DNA of 64,000 bases from a virus. Positions within the stretch are counted from its first letter, which is position 1. Each line of letters begins with the position of its first letter. The notes beneath the pieces were generated by a model. The model made no database searches. It was not told the DNA's origin and was given only the letters and a program-made list of their open reading frames with translations. The translations under genes and the position numbers were made by a program. Where the stretch lies: positions 17,796 through 81,795 of the IMG/VR virus record IMGVR_UViG_3300048834_000169; one strand, given 5' to 3'. Below are positions 29,948-39,009 of this stretch, piece by piece.

Positions 29948-30418
29948 TTATTTAGGTAACGCTCTCACTCGAAAGCGCATTTTGCCTGAGATGTAAGTTC
30001 CCGACATAGCCGAAGCTGTGTACTGAAGCTGGTTTACGTTCATTGCGAACGTGACTAGGGTCTCGCCCACTTTACTGCCGACTTGAGCTATAGACCACTC
30101 GCCTGCAGCATCATTATAGTTAAAATAAAGGGTTCCAGACTCTACGAGTTCTAGTGGAGAGTCGGATATGCGCTGGATATAGTATTCGGCGGTGGCGGCC
30201 TGAATTAGGCTAGAGTCGAGAATAAAGTCCGTGACGTCGTTTGTCCCGCTAGCCGCAATGTTTACTAAAATTTCGGGAGGTATGTCCCCCACTACCACTA
30301 CGTTGGCTAGCTCTTCGCCTAAAGCCACTAAATAGTCTGTAGTATTAACACCCCACAACTCATCGTTAGGACTGGGTACCTGATAAGTTATGCCGGCTAC
30401 TGTTACTGAAACTGCCAT
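29948..30418 (-). CDS. Virion structural protein
   Basis: GAGGT SD and late motif; C-terminus (LQYTAS...MRFR) resembles the C-terminus of the 23774-25786 fibre. Confidence 0.65.
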   Translation of the reverse strand: MAVSVTVAGITYQVPSPNDELWGVNTTDYLVALGEELANVVVVGDIPPEILVNIAASGTNDVTDFILDSSLIQAATAEYYIQRISDSPLELVESGTLYFNYNDAAGEWSIAQVGSKVGETLVTFAMNVNQLQYTASAMSGTYISGKMRFRVRALPK

Positions 30419-30531
30419 TAAAAGACCTCTTTTAAGATTATATCCCTAGCTAATAAGATTTGTTATGCGCGGTTAAGTGCGCGTAAGTAGACTAAATTTA
30501 AGGTATAATAGCCGACTAAATAAACGGGGCT

Positions 30532-31122
30532 TTAGGGCATGAACTGGCGAGGCTTACATCCAGGTCGATTCATTTCTGCCCTTACGATATAATCTACATG
30601 TGCCCAGCCTTCGGTTTTACTGGGATGCTCTTGCCACATGCCTAATCTAGCTAATACTTCTTGAGCAGAGTCGGATTGCAGGATAGAGTCTAGACTACCG
30701 TCTTTATCTGCAAAATCGATAGCTAGCCCTCTTAGGTGGCCGGATCTCTTAGCCGCGCCGGATATAGTTGCATTTACGGCAGATGGGCGAAATCCGGAAG
30801 ACACCTTAGGCTTTGGTAAGTCTAATTCTCGAAATAAGGCGTTTACTTTATCTACTAAGCCCATGGCGGCTGAGCGTATCTCATACGTAAGTTCTGGGTT
30901 AGTAGCACGTTCTGGGTACTTGCCTGAGGACGTAATCCAATCGTCTAATGTTATTGCCGGCTCAGCTACGGCCACGTCTTCTTGCACTAGACGCTCTATA
31001 GGCTCGATTACGGGACTTTCTTTTACGGGGACGGAGGTAGGCCGGGGCAGGTCTTTTGTGCTTAATGATGCGCCTTTAAACACGTTTAATAGCAGTTTAA
31101 GTATGCCTATAAGCAAGTCCAT
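30532..31122 (-). CDS. Endolysin, peptidase M15 family
   Basis: SSGFRP...SGHLRGLAID...WAHVD zinc-ligand pattern. Confidence 0.85.
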   Translation of the reverse strand: MDLLIGILKLLLNVFKGASLSTKDLPRPTSVPVKESPVIEPIERLVQEDVAVAEPAITLDDWITSSGKYPERATNPELTYEIRSAAMGLVDKVNALFRELDLPKPKVSSGFRPSAVNATISGAAKRSGHLRGLAIDFADKDGSLDSILQSDSAQEVLARLGMWQEHPSKTEGWAHVDYIVRAEMNRPGCKPRQFMP

Positions 31123-31160
31123 TAGTACCTCGTCGTCTGGAATTGACGCTGATTCGTCTA

Positions 31161-32756
31161 CTAATATTTGTTGCCGCTGTAAACTAATTTAATCTTTCCG
31201 CAGTCATAGACGCGCTTAAAACCATCTTTTGTGGCGTGCTCCAGTTCGGTCATTCCGGCCGGGGTGTTCACTAGGCGCTTTTGACGAGATTGCTTGGAGA
31301 CTACTGAACCATCCTGGCTGGACACATAAAAATAGTCTGGGGCTAATACGTTTACCACTTCCCAGCCGGCTTTAACGTAAGATTGGCCGTCAGACAGTGT
31401 TTTGTGGACCCATGTATAGATAGCTGTGTTAAAGTGCTTAGTGGCTATTTTAGAGAATTTAGATAGTGCCCCGGCCACCGATATGTCATCCTTAAAACAC
31501 AGTCGAGACAGCACGATCTCGTTTGAATTTCTATGATGACTAGAGAATGTGGCTAAACCGACTAGTTCGTTATTGTAAAAAGCTCCTAAAGATAGCTTAG
31601 AGTGTTGCGGCGCCCCTTGTATGTGATTTGCTTCGCAGAAATCTCTAGCTGTGGTCCAGTCTACTGGCCTAAACTCACACTTACGCGCTCCAATAGTAGT
31701 ACTGAGGCCTAGTTTAGGTTTTAGGAAGTTTAGGACTTGCTTGCGTCGATTTAGCCATTCGTGCTTCCATATGACCATCTTACCGCGTAACTGGGGGTCT
31801 TTTAGGTCCAGTTTGTAGTCACTTATGGCCACAGACTTTAAGACATTTATTCCACTAACGCCCAGAGCCGATGCCATGTCTTGCTCAAGGTCCGGCATTC
31901 TTTTCCATACGTATCCCTTATAGGGTTTACCTGAATCGATAGACTTTTTAATAGGCGTATTTTGATACCCAGCAGCAGTGGCTTCTATGCCAGCGTCGAA
32001 CACTAAAGTAGTTTTATCAGAATCTACTGGAACTGCTACAAGAGACTTTTTAATAGCGTCCCTCAATTTTTTCTTGTATTCGGGATCTTTTTTGAATTTT
32101 GCAGATATGGTTGCAGATATACGAGCATTCTTAGCATCAAGTCTAGTTCTTTTCTCCTCTTGAGTAAGTCTGGTATATTTTACATACTTAGAGCTATATG
32201 CATTATTGCATTCTCTGCATCTTGGATTTAATTTAGGCTGCTCTAGCACTACGCCCCTTCGTTTTCGTATTTCAGAGAAATTGGATGTTGGTAGAAGTCT
32301 TTTACACAGGCCACACTTTTTATGAGGCCTCCCTTCTACCATTTCTATGCGAAACGCGTTCCAAGCTGGCTTACCGGTAGGTCTCTTATTAGCTGCAGAT
32401 ATCTTATCCCTTACTTCTTGAGTGAATATGACTCTTTCTGGGGTCTGAAGAACAGAGTTATACCCATTAGGAAGAAGCGCAGAGTAGTAGTTAATAAAGT
32501 ACTCCTCTAGCCAATTTAGATCGATTTGGGTTTTAGCTGAAGCTAGTATACTCGTTTCAAATCCGTCCCAGGAATACTTCTTCAGAGCCCTGTAAAAAGC
32601 TTTACAAGATGCATAGCTGCTAATGCCGTTACTTTCGTTTTTGAACCTTCTAGCCGGGTCTTGTCTAGTTTGTCCTACATATGCCTTGCCGTTATGCTTA
32701 TTAATATGAACATAAACTATGCCGTAAGGAAGTTTATCATAATTATCTAAAGTCAT
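31161..32756 (-). CDS. GIY-YIG endonuclease fused to a Hef-like C-terminal region
   Basis: GIVY...YVGQT, PNGYN; CxxC...CxxC; ARKCE...NHIQG...RVYDCG. The ORF-track TTG start at 32792 coincides with a -35 box, so ATG 32756 is preferred. Confidence 0.8.
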   Translation of the reverse strand: MTLDNYDKLPYGIVYVHINKHNGKAYVGQTRQDPARRFKNESNGISSYASCKAFYRALKKYSWDGFETSILASAKTQIDLNWLEEYFINYYSALLPNGYNSVLQTPERVIFTQEVRDKISAANKRPTGKPAWNAFRIEMVEGRPHKKCGLCKRLLPTSNFSEIRKRRGVVLEQPKLNPRCRECNNAYSSKYVKYTRLTQEEKRTRLDAKNARISATISAKFKKDPEYKKKLRDAIKKSLVAVPVDSDKTTLVFDAGIEATAAGYQNTPIKKSIDSGKPYKGYVWKRMPDLEQDMASALGVSGINVLKSVAISDYKLDLKDPQLRGKMVIWKHEWLNRRKQVLNFLKPKLGLSTTIGARKCEFRPVDWTTARDFCEANHIQGAPQHSKLSLGAFYNNELVGLATFSSHHRNSNEIVLSRLCFKDDISVAGALSKFSKIATKHFNTAIYTWVHKTLSDGQSYVKAGWEVVNVLAPDYFYVSSQDGSVVSKQSRQKRLVNTPAGMTELEHATKDGFKRVYDCGKIKLVYSGNKY

Positions 32757-32763
32757 GTATATA

Positions 32764-32792
32764 AACATATCACACTTAGTACACATAGTCAA
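32764..32792 (-). promoter_or_regulatory. sigma70-like promoter for the endonuclease (near-leaderless)
   Basis: TTGACT-17-TATGTT, 7 nt before ATG 32756. Confidence 0.55.
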
Positions 32793-32862
32793 CTAAATAA
32801 GTTTGATTCTATAATACTAGTGCGCTTATTCTGACAAACTACTCTTAGTTATTTTAGGCAAT

Positions 32863-32897
32863 AAAAAACCCCCGGCCTATTTCTAGGTCCGAGGGTT
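32863..32897 (-). terminator. Rho-independent terminator after major capsid gene
   Basis: ACCCTCGGACCTA-GAAA-TAGGCCGGGGGT followed by a T run. Confidence 0.85.
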
Positions 32898-32922
32898 AGT
32901 ATCGCTAATTACTTAAAATTAT

Positions 32923-35900
32923 TTAAGAATTGATGATGTTATGAATGAGAATCAGTTTACCGGGGCAAGCGACAAACAATGCTTGATCCGAATAGGCTCT
33001 GATTTCGAAGCCCGCGACGTTCGGTATAGCTAAGAAGAACGCATCTCCACCGTTGGTCTGGTCCAGAGGTTGCTTGAAGGTAATGTCGGTAGATCCAACG
33101 CGCATCAATTCAGCTACGGGCAAGATGAAAGCGAGAGACTCTTTTACGTAAGTAGAAGGTCTGATTTCAACTCCACCGTTCTGAGCGTAGAACTTGATAG
33201 ACTGAGCGCCGTTCTCTGATTTTTCAACACTGTAAGAAGAGTCGAATTTACGGAGAGCAGCTTGGTCTGTCATGAGCTTAGCCCAAGTCTTGGGGTTAAC
33301 CAAGCAAAGAACGTCTTCGTCAAGGCCTTTTTCAACGCCACGAGCGATAGCTTGTTGAATTTTAGCGAAAGAGAGGTCAGCTCCGCCAGCATCATATTCA
33401 GTAGCTTTGAACAAGCTGTACTGAGAAGGGTTAATGCCGAACAAAGAAGAAGTCTCAGTCATGATAGCGTGGAGACCTTTGAATTCGTTACCCATAGAAC
33501 CTTTGAAGAAGATCCTGTCGGTAGCTACAACTGTGGCCAAGTTAGAGCTCAGCGTGAGGGTGCGGTCTTCCAAATTAACTCCAGTGATTGTTCTTTCGCC
33601 GCGAAGGGTCAAAAGATCAGCAGAGTAGATTTCGATTACTGCGTTCTCAGCGCCAACCCAGATACCAGGAGCCCAGTCAGCTTGAGAAATCTCAAGTACT
33701 GAACCGGTCATAGCGTCGTCAGCTTTAGCGAGTTCTTTTTGACCGTAGAACATGACGATTTCTAATCGCTTAGCGAAAGATCGAACCATGTTAGCTACGA
33801 TGAATTTCGTGCCGCGCTCGAAAGCTGCTTTGCTAGAAGCAGAACGTGTAGCTACAGACAAAGCAATTTGAGATCGCAGAAGGAACTCATATCCTTGGAT
33901 TGTAGCGTCGCGAACTGTTCCGGGAATAGCGTCGTTCAAGTTAAACGCTGTTCCAGCGGAGCCTCCGTAAGATACATGTGTTACCCTAAAGGCTTTTTAT
34001 CCCTTAGTTCTTATAGTTTCCTATAAGGTCAGCATATCTTTTCACCCTCCCGAGAGGGGTTGAGGACTCGTGGGTATGTTATAGTCTAGCTAATAAAGCT
34101 AGGATCAATACCTATGCGTTGCACGTGTATAGACATTTTAATATCTACACTTCCGTTCTGATTAACATAGTCTGAATAGTACATAAAAGTATGCGCCTTG
34201 TGCATTTGGCGTGCGCTTCGTTTCTTACATATCTGAACAACATTGCTCTTGTGAAATCCGTCATTTTTGACATCCATTAACATGTCATAAATCTTAATAG
34301 CTCCGGTTTTTAGGCATATCGCTACTATCTTCTCTTGACTGAATTTTCTTGATATTTGCTGCTTTGTTTGTTCAGTGTGTGGACGATTAAATCCGGGCTT
34401 GAAAATTTTAGCAGACCTTTTTATTCCGTCCGATATTCTTTTTCGAGCTAGTGGCGTGTGCTTTGTTCCGCCGTGGCCGCCGTCCTTTAGATTAAAACCA
34501 TCTGGGCTCAGAGTATTATACGCTTTCACTAACAAGTATTCTGCCTCGTTCAATGATTGCTCGCTAAACGCTATAAAAAGTTCTTCAACCTTAAATGCGC
34601 CTCTTCCATACTTACGAAGAGCCATATCAATATACATTTTAGACGAAGTTTTCCAGTAATGATCATTAAATCGATCCATTACCGAATCTCTCGTAGTCTT
34701 ACCTACATAAGCTTTTCCATCGCTTATTCTGGTAATTTTATATATTGATCCAAAACGTTTCATACTTTTATTATACCTTATTAGACTTTAGTCTTCCAGG
34801 TTTTTTCCTCAATTCTCGTAAACTTATTACTAAGTCTACCGGGCTATCTTAAAGCTTTAACCCGTGTTCGTGCATTCTGTTAACCTCTATTTCTAGAGTC
34901 CTTAGACATTTCTGCTAAGGTCTACCGTTTTATTTATGTCGGTAGTTCGGACTATCGCATCCCTCTCGGGTCTTCTCACTTAGTCTCTCAGGCTGCTTTC
35001 GCTTGCCCCTTGTTGCCCTGTTTCTCAGGATGTTCAAGTCAATCAGAGAAGATTTTACTTGGGCCAAATTAACCCAAAATTACTGGTTGATGATCTTATT
35101 GTTATCATTAGAGTTTTTTATCTCTAACATCTTATAGTTACCTATAAGGTCAGCATACATTTTCACATTTAAGTGTCGGAAGCTCTTGCCCAGATTATAT
35201 TCTCTTTCGAGGTTCACTGAGTATGCGTTACGAAGTTTTGGATTCGTTAGGTCCAATTCCCCTCGGTATTAACCTTTTATAAGGCCTTCACCGATACATC
35301 CCGATTTTTATACGAATTTAAAGTGATATCCGCCGGTACTAATTCTTAGTCCATTACAAACTAAGCTAATTTTGCTATAGTGTAAATTTAAATCTCTAGC
35401 GGCTTCTCTAGCCGACTTATAAACTTTACCAGTTTCTAAACACATTACCGGCTTAGGTCTAATTATTTTATCCTGATGCTCTTTACTATTTTTATGTCCG
35501 AGTCTTGCAATTCTATTCTTAGCTGCGTGCTCTTCTGAAACTTTCTTGCCTTTGCGGTCTTTGGACCATCTAGCCTTCATTTCAGGGGAGTGTAAATTTG
35601 AATAGCCGTTAATCGACTTTGGGCTAACGTTTAACCCGTCTACTCTAGTATTATATTGTAATATAAGCATCTCTTCTAAAATAACTGCCTGATCCAGCGT
35701 CAAATGCTCCTGAATAAGGACTATTTTGTAATGAGCCCTATTCCACTTACGTTTAGTAACGTGCTGAGCAAATCGTCTAGATAATGGCTGACCCGTCAGC
35801 CCTACGTAGACCGTCTTGTCATTTATATCTTGGATTTGATATACTTTATAATTCTTCAAGGTATTGTTCCTAAAAGGATTCTACCATATAGCGGGGGCTT

Positions 35901-36073
35901 TTTCTACCCGCAATCTCCATCTTCAACTTTTAGAGATTACCGGTTTGTTTGTCCATGGGAACGAAGTCAACTTCTTTCATGAGGACTACGTTATCAGGAA
36001 CTAAGTTTTCTACTTGATTCGCATAAAGTTCTTTAAAAAATCCATTAAGTGTTGCAACTGTATTTGCTGCCAT
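32923..36073 (-). CDS. Major capsid protein, spliced: exons 36073-35932, 35094-35072, 34872-34860, 33974-32923 (409 aa)
   Basis: Exons total 142+23+13+1052=1230 nt in one frame: MAANTVATLNGFFKELY...KQTGNL-YHQPVILG-HEHGL-SYGGSAG...; follows the scaffold gene and ends at a strong terminator. Confidence 0.88.
33975..34859 (-). mobile_element. Group I intron 3 (885 nt) carrying a GIY-YIG gene
   Basis: P1 CGGGU/GCCCG with U-G wobble; P10 TAAGATA pairs with 3' exon TATCTTA; P3 TTGAGGA/TCCTCAA; P7 GCATA/TATGC; terminal G at 33975. Confidence 0.9.
34086..34763 (-). CDS. Intron-encoded GIY-YIG homing endonuclease
   Basis: GSIYKI...AYVGKT, PDGFNL, NUMOD3-like repeats. Confidence 0.9.
   Translation of the reverse strand: MKRFGSIYKITRISDGKAYVGKTTRDSVMDRFNDHYWKTSSKMYIDMALRKYGRGAFKVEELFIAFSEQSLNEAEYLLVKAYNTLSPDGFNLKDGGHGGTKHTPLARKRISDGIKRSAKIFKPGFNRPHTEQTKQQISRKFSQEKIVAICLKTGAIKIYDMLMDVKNDGFHKSNVVQICKKRSARQMHKAHTFMYYSDYVNQNGSVDIKMSIHVQRIGIDPSFIS
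34873..35071 (-). mobile_element. Group I intron 2 (199 nt, no ORF)
   Basis: P1 TTGGGU/GCCCAA; P3 TCTTCTC/GAGAAGA; R element CTGAGAGACTA and S element GATGCGATAGTCC; terminal G at 34873. Confidence 0.9.
35095..35931 (-). mobile_element. Group I intron 1 (837 nt) carrying a GIY-YIG gene
   Basis: P1 AATCTCU/GGAGATT; P10 GTTGAAGAT against exon 2 ATCATCAAC (8/9); P7 GCATAC/GTATGC; terminal G at 35095. Confidence 0.9.
35308..35859 (-). CDS. Intron-encoded GIY-YIG endonuclease with NUMOD1-like HTH
   Basis: KVYQI...VYVGLT...RRFAQH; KPVMCLETGKVYKSAREAARDL. Confidence 0.85.
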   Translation of the reverse strand: MKNYKVYQIQDINDKTVYVGLTGQPLSRRFAQHVTKRKWNRAHYKIVLIQEHLTLDQAVILEEMLILQYNTRVDGLNVSPKSINGYSNLHSPEMKARWSKDRKGKKVSEEHAAKNRIARLGHKNSKEHQDKIIRPKPVMCLETGKVYKSAREAARDLNLHYSKISLVCNGLRISTGGYHFKFV

Positions 36074-36246
36074 TTTATTATTTTCCTTTTATTTAATTTT
36101 AGTTATTGGTTGGTTTAATAAAAAGGAACTGAGATAAGCCTTGTCTCGGCGTAACGGGATGCCAGAAGCAGTAAAGTATCCTGGGTCCATAGAGTTACGC
36201 GCCTAGACGTAGCCTAAGCGCATATCCTTTACTATTACTATTTGTT
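36074..36246 (-). promoter_or_regulatory. Late motif and structured 5' leader of the capsid gene
   Basis: AACAAAT at 36246-36240; AAAGGA/TCCTTT closing stem around internal hairpins. Confidence 0.55.
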
Positions 36247-36251
36247 ATGGC

Positions 36252-37277
36252 TTATTTGCCGCGCAGCCAGTCGCGCATACTGATCTTAGCCTTCTTAGCC
36301 GGCTCAGAACTAGGTGATGCTACTTCCTTAACTTCCGCTACTTTAGGGGCAGCGGCTTTAGTCGCCTCTCTAGCCTTAGCTATCTGACGATCTCGGAGCT
36401 TTTTAACCTTTTCAGCGCTAATATAAGCTTCTAGAGCGTCTTCGGGCAATACGTCAATATATTGCTGAATATCTCTTTGCATCTCTTTCTTAATAATATT
36501 AAGAGCTTGCTTAGGGCTAATGTCCTTATTGTTCTCGGCTGCCGTGATCATGACATCAGCTAAACGCTTAAGAACAAAGGGAGATTTAGGCAACTGAGAT
36601 GCTTCAAAAGCTTCAGTGATCTGCTCTTCCAGTTGAGCTTCTTGCTGCTGCACGAGTCTTTCATATTCTGCCGCCTGACGACGCTCTTCTTCTTGCTTCA
36701 TGTGTGCACGGAGGTCTTCGAGTTCGCGCTGAAGGCGTTCTTTTTCACGTACTTCAGGGCTCTTCTGATCGTCTTCGAGTTTTCTAGACAGGATCTTTTG
36801 GGCTAATTCGATAACCTTATCTTCTGAACCTAGGATATTGGGGTCAGCGAGTACAGCTTCTGGGTTGGTTCTAAGCATTTGTACTAATTGAATGGCTTCT
36901 TGCTTAATTCTAGCCGCTTCTTCCATTCTAGATTGGCCCGCGCGCCCTAATTGAGCGTACTTGACCATTTCTTCTTTATTAAGCTCTAAAAGCTGACCGT
37001 CTACCTTGATTGTGTACTTTTCGGGGTCGGCTTTAGACTGTTTAGCGTCTACCTTAGCCGCCGCCTGCTTAACTTCTTTCTTGCTGGGCTCTGAACCCTC
37101 GCTAGAAGCCTCATTAGACGCGTTTAAAGCCTCGCCATTGGACGAAGATTCTTCGCTAGACTGATTACCTTCAAGATTAATAGACTCGTTACCTTGGGCG
37201 TTTAAATCGGTATTAGACGCTTCTGAAGAGCTTGAGTCTGAGCTATTGATGGGGGCAGAACTGCCGTTATCTGACAT
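36252..37277 (-). CDS. Capsid scaffolding protein
   Basis: Acidic/Ser-rich N-terminus, YTIKVDG motif, coiled coil; immediately upstream of the capsid gene. Confidence 0.8.
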   Translation of the reverse strand: MSDNGSSAPINSSDSSSSEASNTDLNAQGNESINLEGNQSSEESSSNGEALNASNEASSEGSEPSKKEVKQAAAKVDAKQSKADPEKYTIKVDGQLLELNKEEMVKYAQLGRAGQSRMEEAARIKQEAIQLVQMLRTNPEAVLADPNILGSEDKVIELAQKILSRKLEDDQKSPEVREKERLQRELEDLRAHMKQEEERRQAAEYERLVQQQEAQLEEQITEAFEASQLPKSPFVLKRLADVMITAAENNKDISPKQALNIIKKEMQRDIQQYIDVLPEDALEAYISAEKVKKLRDRQIAKAREATKAAAPKVAEVKEVASPSSEPAKKAKISMRDWLRGK

Positions 37278-37368
37278 GTGATATACTCCTATGCCTATCC
37301 CTAGTTTAGGGGTAAGGTTTAAGCTAGGCGTCGCGTAATTGCGATAGCCTTATCTATATAGGATTTGT

Positions 37369-37521
37369 TTATTTGAGTAACCAGACTAGGGCGCTAATGG
37401 TAACTGCGTTTAGGATAATCGACGCTATTGCTATCCGCTTCCACTTGGATATTCTAGAGAGGGTAGCCGGCTTTAGAGTATGGGTTGCGTTCTTACTTGG
37501 GGTCAATCTTAGTCTGGCCAT
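37369..37521 (-). CDS. Small membrane protein (50 aa; not in ORF track)
   Basis: GAGGT SD; MARLRLTPSK...IAIASIILNAVTISALVWLLK. Confidence 0.65.
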   Translation of the reverse strand: MARLRLTPSKNATHTLKPATLSRISKWKRIAIASIILNAVTISALVWLLK

Positions 37522-38017
37522 CTAATACCTCGTAAATATATCTAGGACCTACTAAGTTTAAGTCCTCTGTTATACTAACACCTAACATGCTAATTATTCT
37601 TGCCGCTATTTCAGAACACACGTTCCCTTTAGTGAACGGATTCTTTATCTTGCACCCGATTTTCCTAGCTATTTTAATTATCCCAATACCTAGTACTTGT
37701 AGATGGCCATACTGCGTTCTGGAGTTATCAATGCAAAACTGGAGTATCTCTGTCTTTTCTTGAGGGCTTACCTCTAATTCAAATGTAGCTACTACTTTAT
37801 TCTTTTTATTAAACGAGTGCTCATTAGTAAAATTAACCCCATCTCCGCGAGCTTCATATATAAGAGTTCTATTTAACGAGCTAGAGTGCCAACTTATGAA
37901 TACGTGGCTATACGGGGTCCTTCCTTCAAATAGCCTTATCAAATGAGCTAGAACGGCTAATTTAGATTTTGGCCTAGAAAACCCTATAGTTATGTACTGT
38001 GCTCTACTCTCCGACAT
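37493..38017 (-). CDS. Permuted papain-like (NlpC/P60, YiiX-type) hydrolase
   Basis: YSHV (His) precedes VCSEIAA (Cys); ATG 38017 preferred. Confidence 0.75.
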   Translation of the reverse strand: MSESRAQYITIGFSRPKSKLAVLAHLIRLFEGRTPYSHVFISWHSSSLNRTLIYEARGDGVNFTNEHSFNKKNKVVATFELEVSPQEKTEILQFCIDNSRTQYGHLQVLGIGIIKIARKIGCKIKNPFTKGNVCSEIAARIISMLGVSITEDLNLVGPRYIYEVLDGQTKIDPK

Positions 38018-38450
38018 ATGATGTAATCCTGTCAATAGCATACTGCAGCTCTTCTGCGTGGTCTGGGTGCATAGGCTTAATGAGCTGAATTATACCTCTA
38101 GCGGTCTTTAATGCTCCGCCTTCAAGTACAAAACCTATATTAATTAGTTGACTAACCAATACAGCTATATCTGCTTCAGATTTATTTAGTATTAAGTTTC
38201 TAGCGCCTATTCTAGCGGTTACGTCGTCTTTAAGACTTTTTCCAAACTGAATAGCTGCCGCCACACTTTGTTGCAGCAGTGGTTTAGGTGACAGCCTATT
38301 ACCATCTAATACCCACCCTATTCCAGGCTGCGGAGTCATGTCATCTATACTTATTAACATTTGAACATTTCTAGCCACGTCGTGAATTTCATCTTCAGAG
38401 ATGTCTACTATTTCTACTACTACGTTATTATCTAGTATCGCGTGCTTCAT
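38004..38450 (-). CDS. Hypothetical, possibly a fibre-assembly chaperone
   Basis: HAILDNNVVVEIV...PGIGWVLDG start. Confidence 0.5.
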   Translation of the reverse strand: MKHAILDNNVVVEIVDISEDEIHDVARNVQMLISIDDMTPQPGIGWVLDGNRLSPKPLLQQSVAAAIQFGKSLKDDVTARIGARNLILNKSEADIAVLVSQLINIGFVLEGGALKTARGIIQLIKPMHPDHAEELQYAIDRITSYVGE

Positions 38451-38453
38451 GTG

Positions 38454-39008
38454 CTACTCGTCCAGTTTAGTTATGTCTAGGAAGTCAACTGCGTTTCTTA
38501 GTCTAACTACGCTATCATATATTCCCAGGTGGTTCACGTATATTCTGTCTCTATATGTTACGCCGGATCTTATAACTGTACCTTCTATCATTAAGGTAGT
38601 ATCGCCATCTAAAGATGCTCCAGTTATGCTTGTAATATCTATATCAGCGAAATAATAGCTGTTAGTTTGCTCTATGCCGCCCAAGTTCGCAATAAATACT
38701 TCGTTCCATTTAGGTGTAGTAATGTCCTCTACCCTATAAATGCTAAATGTGGCAGAGGCCGCGCTATCTACGCTGGCATTATCGGAGTTATACAAGTATC
38801 CGATAAGTCTAATTTTATCTAAGGTGCTGGTATCCAGTTGGGCGGCTAACTTTATTACGCGACTTCCAGTAGACAGTGCGCTATTAGGTCCAAATAGAAA
38901 CTGCCACTCTGGCGATACATTAACTATATATCTAGAGTTGTGATCTACTTTTAGCCACTGATTCTCTTCGTTATTATGTTGAGCTAATAACTTTCTAGTA
39001 ACTGGCAT
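38454..39008 (-). CDS. Putative virion protein
   Basis: Tightly coupled within the operon. Confidence 0.6.
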   Translation of the reverse strand: MPVTRKLLAQHNNEENQWLKVDHNSRYIVNVSPEWQFLFGPNSALSTGSRVIKLAAQLDTSTLDKIRLIGYLYNSDNASVDSAASATFSIYRVEDITTPKWNEVFIANLGGIEQTNSYYFADIDITSITGASLDGDTTLMIEGTVIRSGVTYRDRIYVNHLGIYDSVVRLRNAVDFLDITKLDE

Positions 39009-39009
39009 A

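Noticed and set aside
32923-33939. 338-aa ORF with TTG start as the complete capsid protein
   Set aside because: No SD; the frame continues upstream to a 3' splice site, and the true start with SD and late motif is at 36073
35072-35932. Stop-codon recoding or frameshifting to explain the broken capsid gene
   Set aside because: Other genes are intact in code 11 and use all three stops; group I pairings explain each break exactly
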